64,000 bases of DNA from a candidate division WOR-3 bacterium (GCA_039802605.1 JBDRWW010000001.1:256001-320000); one strand, 5' to 3'; positions 37,933 through 47,646 are shown, numbered from the stretch's first letter. Numbers and translations: made by a program. The notes: generated by a model not told the origin, from the sequence alone.

Positions 37933-39834
37933 TTAAAGTGCCAAAATCCCGAGAATAAACAGGGCACCAACAACAAGCCACAACGCGTATGTTCTGACGG
38001 AACCCGTTTGCAATTTCCTAAATAGGGAACCAAATGCGTAAGATATCCAAGCCAAGGCATTAATGGTACCGTCAATCAAAATCCTATCAACGAGTAGGAA
38101 CAATATCCACTTTGAAATGAAGTTCAAACCCTTAACAAAAACAAAGTAATAAATCTCATCCACCCAATACCTGTTATACAGCACAACATAAACGGGTTTG
38201 AAAACCTTAGCCATAACGACGGGAATACTCGGGGAAAGTACATACATAAAGTAGGCCAACAAAATTCCCAGAACGCCGGCGGTTATACCGAGAAGCATGG
38301 GCAAGGATGTATGGGATATGTGGAAGTGTTCGGGTAATACGAATGCATCCTTAAAGAGTTTTGCCCACAAGCTGTGCTCACCTCCCAAACCGACAAAACC
38401 GGCAACTATTGAACCCATTGCCAAAATTCCCATAGGTATAAGCATTATAGGGGGACTTTCATGGGCGTGTTCGTAAAGGTGATGATCCCTAGGTTTCCCA
38501 AAGAAAACCATAAAAAACATCCGAAACATGTAGAAAGCGGTTAAAAATGCGGTGATGACCAAAAGCCAAAAGACAAAGGGGAATTCCTGGGTTGCCAAAA
38601 GAATTTCGTCCTTACTGAAAAAGCCGGCAAAAGGAGGGATACCCGCAAGGGCCAAGCCCCCTATCGCCATAAACAAACCCGTCCATGGGAGTTTTTTCCA
38701 AAGCCCTCCCATCCTCTGAATATCCAATACATCGTGTAATGCATGCATTACGGAACCGGCGGTTAAGAACAACAGGGCTTTAAAGAAGGCGTGTGTGTAT
38801 AGGTGGAAAACCCCCGCGGAATACCCAAACATACCCGCAGCCGAAAACATGTAGCCCAACTGTGATATGGTTGAAAAGGCGAGGATCCTCTTTAAGTCGT
38901 TATTTACAAGGGCCATAGTTGCGGCAAAGAAGGCGGTTAAGGCCCCTATTATAGCCACCATTTCGGGGGATGATAGACCAAAAAGTATGGGGACATCCTT
39001 AACGGATGAGTATAAAAACGATGTCCTCGCCACGAGATATACGCCGGCCGTTACCATAGTTGCGGCGTGTATTAATGCCGAAACCGGTGTTGGACCCTCC
39101 ATGGCATCCGGCAACCAAACATAAAGGGGGATCTGGGCCGATTTACCGGTTGCCGCCACAAAAAACAGCAAGCCCGCTAATGCCAAAGAAGATGCCAATG
39201 TTTCTTTATTTTGCAAAACAAAGTTATTAACCTCCGTATATTTTAGCGTCCCAAAGAGGGCAAATATTAAGAACATACCCAATAAAAACCCCGCATCCCC
39301 AATTCTATTAACCACAAAGGCCTTCATACCGGCCTGACGGGGTGCATCCCTAAAATACCAGAACCCTATTAAAAGGTAAGAGGCCAAACCGACACCTTCC
39401 CAACCCACAAATGTAACCGGGAATGAGTTTCCCAAAACCAAAACCAGCATAAAGAACACGAACATATTTAAATAGGAGAAATACCTCCAATAACCCTCAT
39501 CGTGCTCCATATAGCCTATGGAATAAAGGTGTATCCAAAGGGATACGAATGTTACAACGAATAGCATTATGCCCGCAAGGGGATCAAGTAGATAACCCAC
39601 GGTAATGTTTAGGTCTCCGGCGAACATCCATGTGTATAGGTCTTTTTCAACGGTAAGACCCCCGAATAGGGTTTGGTACGCGAGATAACCCCCGGTAAGG
39701 GTGGAGATCAAAAGCATAAGGGTGGCTATCCATCCCGGAAGTTTGCCGAGTTTTCTACCGAATATTCCGTTAATCAAAAACCCAAAAAAGGGCGCACTAA
39801 CGGTGGTAATAACGAGAATATCCACGGTATTCAT
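37933..39834 (-). CDS. nuoL: NADH-quinone oxidoreductase subunit L
   Basis: GWEGVGLASYLLIGFW, NRIGD, GKSAQIPL.WLPDAMEGPTPVSALIHAATMV and HAFFKALLF; start moved to ATG 39834 (TAGAAT 8 nt upstream). Confidence 0.95.
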   Translation of the reverse strand: MNTVDILVITTVSAPFFGFLINGIFGRKLGKLPGWIATLMLLISTLTGGYLAYQTLFGGLTVEKDLYTWMFAGDLNITVGYLLDPLAGIMLFVVTFVSLWIHLYSIGYMEHDEGYWRYFSYLNMFVFFMLVLVLGNSFPVTFVGWEGVGLASYLLIGFWYFRDAPRQAGMKAFVVNRIGDAGFLLGMFLIFALFGTLKYTEVNNFVLQNKETLASSLALAGLLFFVAATGKSAQIPLYVWLPDAMEGPTPVSALIHAATMVTAGVYLVARTSFLYSSVKDVPILFGLSSPEMVAIIGALTAFFAATMALVNNDLKRILAFSTISQLGYMFSAAGMFGYSAGVFHLYTHAFFKALLFLTAGSVMHALHDVLDIQRMGGLWKKLPWTGLFMAIGGLALAGIPPFAGFFSKDEILLATQEFPFVFWLLVITAFLTAFYMFRMFFMVFFGKPRDHHLYEHAHESPPIMLIPMGILAMGSIVAGFVGLGGEHSLWAKLFKDAFVLPEHFHISHTSLPMLLGITAGVLGILLAYFMYVLSPSIPVVMAKVFKPVYVVLYNRYWVDEIYYFVFVKGLNFISKWILFLLVDRILIDGTINALAWISYAFGSLFRKLQTGSVRTYALWLVVGALFILGILAL

Positions 39835-39908
39835 GAACGGATATTCTAAGCCCGAAAAACGATTATTGGGTTCGGTATGCATTTAATTCAACCTTAAAAT
39901 AAATTCTT

Positions 39909-41561
39909 ATGCTTATACTGACGGCTTATATAACTTTTGCAAGTAGGTATGGAAACGGCAATGAGGAGCCCTACTCAATGGTTAGAATATCCGAAGGCTA
40001 TGCGATTTTCGGGCAAACCAATTCGTTTTCCGGGGGTGGACTGGGATACGGCGACTTATTTTTGATAAAAGTTGATACTATGGGAAATCTTCTCTGGAAC
40101 AGGGTTTACGGTAGATACATAAGTCCTTCCACACCACGAGAGGATTATGCCACTTGGATGATAGGAACATCGGATGGTGGTTTTTTGATGTTGGGTTATA
40201 CGGGTGTCGACCCCTCGCCTTCCGATAGTATGCACCTTTTTATGATAAAAACAAATTCTCTTGGGACAGTATCCTGGGCAAAAAGAATAGGTGTTAATCC
40301 AATTGCCGTTGGAGAAATTGATAAGGCTTGGAGTGCTGTGGAGGATACGGGTGGATATATTCTCGCCGGACAAACAAACACATCACCGGGTGCAGACTTT
40401 GATGCAATAGTTTTAAAAGTGGCTTCGGATGGGAGTGTTATAAGGTGGCAAAAGCGTTTGGGTAGGTTTAAGTTTGGAACCGATACGGTTCTGGCACAGC
40501 TCATGTTTGACATAGCAAAAGGACCGGACGGAAACTATATTTTGGTTGGAAGGGTTGAGGACAGTTTAACAACCCTCCCTTCGGGAGACCCGGAAGATTG
40601 GGATATTTATGCGGTAAAGATTAGACCCAATGGGGATACTGTATGGACTAAAAGGTATAGGGGGCAGCCAACGCGCACATTTGTATCGGGGAATAGAGAA
40701 AGCGCCATAGGTTTGACCATGCTACCATCGGGAAATTTTGTAGTCGTTGGATACGCCAACACTTGGGAAAGTCCATCAAACAATCCGGCTTATAGGGATA
40801 TGCTGGTTATGAAGATAAGGGGAACGGATGGGGCGGTGCTGTGGGCAAAAAGGGTCGTAAGCAATGGAACATACGACCTTTTCAGAAACGCGTATTACTC
40901 AAACGGATATGTTTTCCTAAGCGGTGAGCTAAACGGCGATGCGGTTTTAATAAAGATGGATACATTGGGTAATCTCATATGGGCTAAGAGGTTTTCAACA
41001 CCTTCAACGGATATAGGGAGATATGCCTTTCCAACAAACATAAATGGACAACAACATGTGGTGTTTTTACTATCGTCAGGTGGGTATGCTATTTTGATTC
41101 AATTGGATAGCAGTGGAAATTATTTAAGACCACCTCTTTGCGGATATTTAACGACAATAAGCCCTACCATTAGCAATGTTAGCCTTTATGCAATACCCAC
41201 AAGGGATAGCGTTTACAACCTCTCGTTTTCTATAAACGACGCATCCGTGGCAACCACGAATGGAATAAACTCCAACAACCTTTGCCCCCTTAACGGCGAT
41301 TACGAACTCGTTGTAGGGGAGAGGGAAAGTTGCAAGGATGCAATTGTTGTAAAATCTTCCAAGGGTGGTTTAAAATTGGATGTTTATAAGGCCGGAGATT
41401 ATGAAATAAGGGTTTATGATGCGAGCGGGAGGTCGGTTAGGGAATTTAACGGTTATATGGGTTTGGGAGTTTATACCTTAAATGTTCATAGAGGGCTGTT
41501 CTTCGTAGAGATAATAAAGGACGATAAGAGTTTGGGGATATTTAAAGCGGTAATAATGTGA
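39909..41561 (+). CDS. Secreted beta-propeller-like repeat protein with T9SS-like C-terminal domain
   Basis: Repeats of D.F/Y.IK.D..G...W.K/R..G and DGGF/Y..G.T; tail VYDASGRSV...GLFFV. Confidence 0.75.
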   Translation: MLILTAYITFASRYGNGNEEPYSMVRISEGYAIFGQTNSFSGGGLGYGDLFLIKVDTMGNLLWNRVYGRYISPSTPREDYATWMIGTSDGGFLMLGYTGVDPSPSDSMHLFMIKTNSLGTVSWAKRIGVNPIAVGEIDKAWSAVEDTGGYILAGQTNTSPGADFDAIVLKVASDGSVIRWQKRLGRFKFGTDTVLAQLMFDIAKGPDGNYILVGRVEDSLTTLPSGDPEDWDIYAVKIRPNGDTVWTKRYRGQPTRTFVSGNRESAIGLTMLPSGNFVVVGYANTWESPSNNPAYRDMLVMKIRGTDGAVLWAKRVVSNGTYDLFRNAYYSNGYVFLSGELNGDAVLIKMDTLGNLIWAKRFSTPSTDIGRYAFPTNINGQQHVVFLLSSGGYAILIQLDSSGNYLRPPLCGYLTTISPTISNVSLYAIPTRDSVYNLSFSINDASVATTNGINSNNLCPLNGDYELVVGERESCKDAIVVKSSKGGLKLDVYKAGDYEIRVYDASGRSVREFNGYMGLGVYTLNVHRGLFFVEIIKDDKSLGIFKAVIM

Positions 41562-43982
41562 TCATCTAACCACCACCTTATAAACCCTACCGCCTTCTTT
41601 TACAAAATAAATACCCCTTTTCAGTTGCACAAATCCCTTTCCTTTGAAAACCCTTCTGCCATCCACAGAATAGATTTCACCGCTTAGATAAACCCCGTAT
41701 TTTGATGAATAAAATCCCATCGCAACCCCCTTTTCATTCTCAACATAGGATAACACCGGGCATATTGGGTTTGTGGTGTAAAACAACCTTAAATAAAGGG
41801 TTGCGGAATCCCCGGGTGAAAGGGTATAAGGTCCTGAACCGATCATAGCCGACCAATCGCTTACGGTATCTGGTGGAAAGGATATATCACCCCTTAAAAG
41901 GAGAAACTTTACGCTATCGTCCATTATCTCAAACCAGCTTGCGTTTTTTATAAAAGAAATGTTTGAAAGCGGGTTCAAAGCCTGCAAACCTATATAACCG
42001 TTGAAGCTGCCATCAACCGCCCCCATTAACAAACACCTATAAGTTGGATACATGTATCCCGTATCCTTACTCGGCCTTCCAACATCAAAATCCGCAAAAA
42101 ATCCTATATAACCGGATATAGTTGAAGGTGTAGTATTTTTAACGGTAAAGGCCAAATGTATAAATGTATCCCCGCCGTACCCGTATCCGGAAAGGGTGTA
42201 TTCCAAACCGTTGCTATCACGCTGTTCAATGTAGTAGCCCTGCGGGACAAAGGGTATAAACTTAAATGTATCCGTAGGGTAAAAGTCTCTATCGTTTCCG
42301 TCTTTACCTATCCAAGCATCGCTAACATTTGAATGGGAAATTCCAAAGGCAAAACTCCCCAAATATAAATTTCCAATGCCCCCATACCAGAGGTTAAAAA
42401 ACTTTCCCGTTCTCGTAAAAGAGACCTTTAAAGCGGTTGTATCAATGCTAACATATTCCCTTGGAGGATTTCCAAAAGGTACGAGTATGCCGTTTATAGT
42501 GCTATCGCTATAAGAAATCTTTAAAACAAAGGATATGTATTCGCCGTCGTTTATACCACTTGCGAATATTTCAAAGGATACGGAAAATGTATCCGAGGCC
42601 GGGACGGTGGCATTAAAGGGTGGTGTGTTTATGGAAACCCTTGTATCGGATGTTTGTAGGGAAAAGTTTGCCAAGGAAGATGAAGCGGTATAATTCTTTA
42701 TTAAAACCACCAAAGTGTCAAGTCCATCAAACCTTCCATCCTTTATTTGCCAAGATAAAACCCTTGGTAAAATTGTTGAAGGTAAGGGTGTATTCTTTAC
42801 GGCTTTCCAAGCGTTAACCCTTCCCCAACCGTATGAATTGTTGGGATAGGGGGAACCCCATGGGAAGGTATCGGTTGAATAGGTTAAAATGTTATAAATA
42901 TCGTAAAATGTTAAAGATGGATTCTTTTGAAGCATTAAGGCTATTACCCCCGCGGTTATAGGTGATGAAAGCGATGTTCCACTTGCGGTTCTAAAACCCC
43001 CCCCTATGTTTGTGGTCAATACAGCTACGCCCGGGGCAACCACATCGGGTTTTAAAAGGTTCCATGTCGGATAAGGCCAGTATGTGGGGTCATTCCAAGG
43101 GTTTTTGTTGGGGGCTGGGCCCCTTGATGAAAACGATGCCAATGTATCGCCGGAATTTGTAGCCCCAACACCTATAACCAACGGATAGTTTCCAGGGGAG
43201 AAATTAACACCCGGGGTATTCCCCAGAGCAAATACGGGAATAATTCCGGCCATCCTTAAAAGGTATATATCGTTCCAATATTCAAGCGAGCCACTCGTAT
43301 CACCGGTTTTCCAAGAGCCGTTATACACCCTTATGTCATAGCCGGAGTCTATTTTCCATTCGAGGATCTTTGAAAAACCCAGGTGAGTTGCAACTTCGTT
43401 TGATGTTATATAATATCCAAACATCCTAACAACCGCTATTTTTGCCCCGGGTGCCACGCCCGTGCTATCCGCCACCAAAACCCCCGATACCAAGGTTCCA
43501 TGCGGGAGTATGGGGGAATCCGTGGGCCTTTCACTACCCTCAACGGCGTCGTACCATATGCCCGACCACTTCCCTATTAAATACGGGTGACTCGTATCTA
43601 TTCCGGTATCCATTATAACCACCAAAACCCCATTTCCATTATAGCCGTTTGCCCAACAGGAGTCCGCCATAATTTTATCTAAGGCCCAAGAACCCGTTGA
43701 ATTCCTTCCGTAATCGTATATTGGTAAAAGTTCAACCGTTCCGGCTTTGTGGTACCCAACCGCGCCTAATACATCCCTTATTTTGTTCAGGTTTTCTTTG
43801 GATGTATATACGGCCACGGCGTTTGCCGATGGTAAGGGTATAACGCTATCCGCGAGGTTATAACTTTTTAAAAGGTTTGCCCTTTGACTTGTTTGCAGTT
43901 TTAACATTTGAAAAAGGGGTTTTACATCCCTAAACTTATAATCCACAACATTACCAAGGGAAAAAATATACCAACCCATCAT
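41562..43982 (-). CDS. S8 serine peptidase with T9SS-like C-terminal domain
   Basis: DTG, HGTLVSG, FSSRGP, KPDVVAPG, GTSLSSP, YGWGRVNA; tail IYSVDGRRV...GIYFV; start moved to ATG 43982. Confidence 0.9.
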   Translation of the reverse strand: MMGWYIFSLGNVVDYKFRDVKPLFQMLKLQTSQRANLLKSYNLADSVIPLPSANAVAVYTSKENLNKIRDVLGAVGYHKAGTVELLPIYDYGRNSTGSWALDKIMADSCWANGYNGNGVLVVIMDTGIDTSHPYLIGKWSGIWYDAVEGSERPTDSPILPHGTLVSGVLVADSTGVAPGAKIAVVRMFGYYITSNEVATHLGFSKILEWKIDSGYDIRVYNGSWKTGDTSGSLEYWNDIYLLRMAGIIPVFALGNTPGVNFSPGNYPLVIGVGATNSGDTLASFSSRGPAPNKNPWNDPTYWPYPTWNLLKPDVVAPGVAVLTTNIGGGFRTASGTSLSSPITAGVIALMLQKNPSLTFYDIYNILTYSTDTFPWGSPYPNNSYGWGRVNAWKAVKNTPLPSTILPRVLSWQIKDGRFDGLDTLVVLIKNYTASSSLANFSLQTSDTRVSINTPPFNATVPASDTFSVSFEIFASGINDGEYISFVLKISYSDSTINGILVPFGNPPREYVSIDTTALKVSFTRTGKFFNLWYGGIGNLYLGSFAFGISHSNVSDAWIGKDGNDRDFYPTDTFKFIPFVPQGYYIEQRDSNGLEYTLSGYGYGGDTFIHLAFTVKNTTPSTISGYIGFFADFDVGRPSKDTGYMYPTYRCLLMGAVDGSFNGYIGLQALNPLSNISFIKNASWFEIMDDSVKFLLLRGDISFPPDTVSDWSAMIGSGPYTLSPGDSATLYLRLFYTTNPICPVLSYVENEKGVAMGFYSSKYGVYLSGEIYSVDGRRVFKGKGFVQLKRGIYFVKEGGRVYKVVVR

Positions 43983-44025
43983 ATCGCACATTTTATAGTT
44001 GAAAAACCCACCTTAAAATACTTGT

Positions 44026-45051
44026 TTGTCCTTGAAGGAAGTCAGGGAGATAATCGAAGGTGTTGTTAAGGGGAAGAAAACGGGGGTTTTGAGGATTTAT
44101 AGGAAAATGTTCGGCGATCCCCTTTTGTATGTAACATTTTTGAAAGGCACACCTGTATATGCTTACTCGTTTCTCGTAAAGGAGAAGTGGTATGACGGTC
44201 TTCTGAGTTACGAAGAAGTGGAAAACAACCTTTTTGGAAACCTTTTTGAATACGCCTTCAAAAAACACGGACAAAAATATGTGGAACACCTCGTTGTTTA
44301 TTCAAATAGGGTTATTCAAGAGGCTCTAACCGGTGCCGTAGAAAACAATTGGCAATTGGAGGCGGAATTTATCCATGAGGATGAGGATACCGTAAGGGAA
44401 AGTATTGGGATTTTAAAGGTTAAAAGTGAAATAGAAGCCTTCGCAAAAACCTTGCAATCACTTGGGGCAAAAGAGATTTTTATACCCAAATTGGATAAGT
44501 TCATAGGTTATTACGCCCAGAGCGATTTAAGGGATATTTACAACTTTATGGTTAAGGCATTCGGTGATTGCGACAACATATTTTCATCTCCGTTTGGAAA
44601 CATTTTTATTATCCACAAATACGGCCAACCAGTCGTATTTTCTATGGAAAATGTTTTAATAGGTGAAGATGTTGAAAGGTTGATCAGTATAATTGAGGGT
44701 TCGGAAAAGGTGTTGTTTGGAGGCAAAATTGAAGGGGGACAAAGGATTGAGGTTCCGGTATTTAAAACCTACGGGAAACCCTTTTTAATATCGTTAAGAA
44801 CGGATGAAGGGTTTTTAACCCTGCATTTAAAAAGCGACAAGGTTTATATGATGGATGTAAAACCTACAAACGCGGTTTTTTCAACAATTTCGGAATACAA
44901 CGAGAAGATAAGTATCGCGCTCTATGATATGCTCGGTAAGGAGACAAAAATTAAGTCTCAGGATATCGTTGATATGCGAATAAAAATCCTTTTGATGAAG
45001 TACCCCAATCCACAGGAGTTTAAGGAAGTTGTTCAGAAGGAGAGGTTTTAA
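44026..45051 (+). CDS. Hypothetical protein with N-terminal DUF4388/PATAN-like segment
   Basis: KKTGVLRI...VTFLKGTPVYAY resembles DUF4388/PATAN; TAAAAT box 6 nt before TTG. Confidence 0.45.
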   Translation: MSLKEVREIIEGVVKGKKTGVLRIYRKMFGDPLLYVTFLKGTPVYAYSFLVKEKWYDGLLSYEEVENNLFGNLFEYAFKKHGQKYVEHLVVYSNRVIQEALTGAVENNWQLEAEFIHEDEDTVRESIGILKVKSEIEAFAKTLQSLGAKEIFIPKLDKFIGYYAQSDLRDIYNFMVKAFGDCDNIFSSPFGNIFIIHKYGQPVVFSMENVLIGEDVERLISIIEGSEKVLFGGKIEGGQRIEVPVFKTYGKPFLISLRTDEGFLTLHLKSDKVYMMDVKPTNAVFSTISEYNEKISIALYDMLGKETKIKSQDIVDMRIKILLMKYPNPQEFKEVVQKERF

Positions 45052-45847
45052 GGGTTTTTATGTATTCCAATATGCTTTCCACAAATGGGGGTTTTTCAAT
45101 GTTTAGTTTTGTATCCAGTAATATTGAGGTTTTTGGTCTAATACCGAGGTCGGGTTTTATAATGTAAATTTTTGAATTTGATCTTATGGCATCCTTTATC
45201 AAAACCGTACCCTCAAATGGGGTTATCGGGGTTTTCCCCGTTATATGATAAATCCCCGGGGATTTTTCCAAAACCTTTAAGATATTCTTGGCCAAAAAAT
45301 CCGCAGGGGTTGGGCAAACCAACTGTTCGTCGTGCGTATAAATATCCTCGTTTTTTATAAGTTTTAAAGGCATGGTGCTAAAAAAGTTTTTACCGTTTTC
45401 TCCAAAAACCCAAGATGTTCTTATAACATAAGAGTTTGTGCATATACTTAAAACCGCCTCTTCCGAAAGCGTTTTTGTTTTTCCATACCAACTTATTGGG
45501 TTAGGTTTATCGTCCTCTGTATAAAGACCAACTTTACCGTCAAACACATAATCCGTGGATATGTGAATAAGTTTAATTCCGTTTCTTTCACAAAATTCGG
45601 CTAGGATTTTTGGAAAAACAAAGTTTATATTATAACACCTCTCCCTCTCCTTTTCGGCCAAGGAAACATTCGTATAAGCAATGGAATTTATGACAACGCT
45701 TACACCATCTAAAAACTTTTCCAAAAAGCCTTCTAAACCCCGGATGTTTTCAACATCAAAATCCTTACGCGTATGAAACTTGGCATTTTTTAAGGTTTTC
45801 CTTAATGCGGTTCCAAGGGTACCGGTTGAACCGAATACGGCTATCAA
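45020..45847 (-). CDS. rfbD: dTDP-4-dehydrorhamnose reductase
   Basis: GSTGTLG, AYTNV, HISTDYVFDG, YGKTK and IRTSWVFG motifs. Confidence 0.9.
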   Translation of the reverse strand: MIAVFGSTGTLGTALRKTLKNAKFHTRKDFDVENIRGLEGFLEKFLDGVSVVINSIAYTNVSLAEKERERCYNINFVFPKILAEFCERNGIKLIHISTDYVFDGKVGLYTEDDKPNPISWYGKTKTLSEEAVLSICTNSYVIRTSWVFGENGKNFFSTMPLKLIKNEDIYTHDEQLVCPTPADFLAKNILKVLEKSPGIYHITGKTPITPFEGTVLIKDAIRSNSKIYIIKPDLGIRPKTSILLDTKLNIEKPPFVESILEYIKTLKTSPSEQLP

Positions 45848-45904
45848 AGGAAGTATTTTATATCCGCATAATAAACCGTTCGCCCTTAAAATACCCGTTT
45901 ACTC

Positions 45905-45977
45905 GGCGGCCGTAGCTCAGCGGTAGAGCACCAGACTGTGGCTCTGGGGGTCGCGGGTTCGAATCCCGTCGGCCGCC
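45905..45977 (+). tRNA. tRNA-His (anticodon GTG) with encoded G-1; CCA not encoded
   Basis: G-1 + GCGGCCG/CGGCCGC + C73; anticodon arm CCAGA-CTGTGGC-TCTGG; T-loop GTTCGAAT. Confidence 0.95.
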
Positions 45978-45979
45978 CT

Positions 45980-46954
45980 TTGCGAATAGCAATTGTTGGG
46001 GCTACGGGGTTGGTGGGGAGGAAAATGTTAGAGGTTTTGGAGGAAAGACTCTGGAAGGAAAATCCCGAAATTATCCCCTTAGCCTCCGAAAAATCCGCCG
46101 GTAAAACCCTGCACTTTCTAAACAAAACCATAAAAGTTTTGCCTTTGGAATACGAAATTCCCGAGGTTGATTATGCTTTATTTTCGGCGGGTTCCGAAAT
46201 ATCCAAAAAGTTTGCCCCACTTTTTGTTGAAAGGGGGGCGGTTGTAATTGATAATTCAAGCGCTTTCCGTTTGGATGAGAGAGTACCCCTTGTGGTACCG
46301 GAGGTAAATCCGGAAGATATAAAGAATCACAAGGGCATAATATCCAACCCAAATTGTTCCACGATACAAATGGTAGCTTTTTTAAAGCCACTACTGGACG
46401 CCTTCGGCATAGAAGAGGTTTTTGTTGCCACATATCAGTCGGTTTCGGGTGCGGGTATGAAAGGTCTGATGGCTTTGAACGAGGAGGAGAGGGGTGGAAT
46501 ATACGATGATACGCCTTTCCCCACAAGGATATACCGCAATGTTATCCCACAAATTGGAGATTTTTTTGAGGGTTATTCAACCGAGGAGTGGAAGATGATA
46601 AAGGAAACAAAAAAAATACTGAAAAGCGATATAAAGGTTTATCCAACAACGGTTAGGGTTCCGGTTGAGGTTGGGCATTCGGAAGCGATAACGGTTATAT
46701 TAAAAAGTTCCCCATCAATTGAAGATGTTTATGAGGTTTTGGAAAGGGCAAAGGGTTTAAAGGTTTTGAGGGATGGATATTCAACCCCCATAGATGTTGA
46801 GGATAAGGACTATGTTGTGGTAAGTAGGTTAAGGTTTAACCCTGACAATTCAAGGGCTTTGAGCGCCTGGGTTGTGGCGGATAATTTGCGTAAGGGTGCC
46901 GCAACGAATGCGGTTCAAATTTTGGAACTTTTAATAAAAGGTGGATTGGAATAA
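45980..46954 (+). CDS. asd: Aspartate-semialdehyde dehydrogenase
   Basis: IVGATGLVG, DNSSAFR, NPNCST, TYQSVSGAG, RVPV..GHS and DNLRKGAA motifs; start TTG 45980 because 45938 lies inside the tRNA. Confidence 0.95.
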   Translation: MRIAIVGATGLVGRKMLEVLEERLWKENPEIIPLASEKSAGKTLHFLNKTIKVLPLEYEIPEVDYALFSAGSEISKKFAPLFVERGAVVIDNSSAFRLDERVPLVVPEVNPEDIKNHKGIISNPNCSTIQMVAFLKPLLDAFGIEEVFVATYQSVSGAGMKGLMALNEEERGGIYDDTPFPTRIYRNVIPQIGDFFEGYSTEEWKMIKETKKILKSDIKVYPTTVRVPVEVGHSEAITVILKSSPSIEDVYEVLERAKGLKVLRDGYSTPIDVEDKDYVVVSRLRFNPDNSRALSAWVVADNLRKGAATNAVQILELLIKGGLE

Positions 46955-47630
46955 CATAATCCCACACCTTGAAGAACTCAGGAATAGAATAATACGGGCT
47001 TTTCTTATATACGCCTTAGTTTCGGTTATAATGTGGTTTTTTCACGATTATGTTATAAGGTTTATATCCCAACCCGTTGGGAAGCTGTACATTTTTAATG
47101 TTCAGGATGCCTTTATGCTTAGGTTAAAGGTTTCATTAATGTCTGCCCTGTTTATATGTCTCCCATACTTTGTTTTGGAAATTTGGGGTTTTATATCCCC
47201 AGCACTCTATCCCAACGAAAAACTCGCCGTAGGGCTTATTCTCATTTCAACCCTTGTACTTTTTTACTTAGGCGCATTTTTGTCCATTTTTGTGATATTA
47301 CCCAGGGCGGTTGTTTTTCTACTTTCTTTTTCTTCTGGATTTCAGACCATAATAGGCGCAAACCAATATTTGGACTTTATATTTTGGAGCACATTGATAT
47401 TCGGAGTTTTATTTGAACTTCCGGTCGCGGTGGGTATATTGGCAAGATTAGGGATAATAAACAGCAAGTTATTAACCAAGAGGCGTAGGGAGATGATAGT
47501 GGGTATAGTCATAGTGGCGGCGGTAATATCCCCTACCGTAGATGCTTTTAGCCTTATAGCAATGTCTTTACCTTTAATATTGTTGTATGAAATCAGTATA
47601 TGGGTGGCCAAGGTTGTTGAAAAGAAATAA
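46941..47630 (+). CDS. tatC: Twin-arginine translocase subunit TatC
   Basis: HLEELRNR, WGFISPALYPNE, FELP and LYEISI motifs. Confidence 0.95.
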   Translation: MDWNNIIPHLEELRNRIIRAFLIYALVSVIMWFFHDYVIRFISQPVGKLYIFNVQDAFMLRLKVSLMSALFICLPYFVLEIWGFISPALYPNEKLAVGLILISTLVLFYLGAFLSIFVILPRAVVFLLSFSSGFQTIIGANQYLDFIFWSTLIFGVLFELPVAVGILARLGIINSKLLTKRRREMIVGIVIVAAVISPTVDAFSLIAMSLPLILLYEISIWVAKVVEKK

Positions 47631-47634
47631 TTTA

Positions 47635-47646
47635 CAACCTTAGAAT
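47635..47646 (+). promoter_or_regulatory. Putative extended -10 promoter CAACCTTAGAAT of the Uma2 array (representative of a recurrent motif)
   Basis: The same motif precedes many operon-leading genes, e.g. at 1610, 22546, 25472, 39889, 49874. Confidence 0.65.

Noticed and set aside
45938..45979. ORF-track start of asd (MALGVAGSNPVGRP)
   Set aside because: It lies inside tRNA-His; the typical Asd N-terminus begins at TTG 45980.
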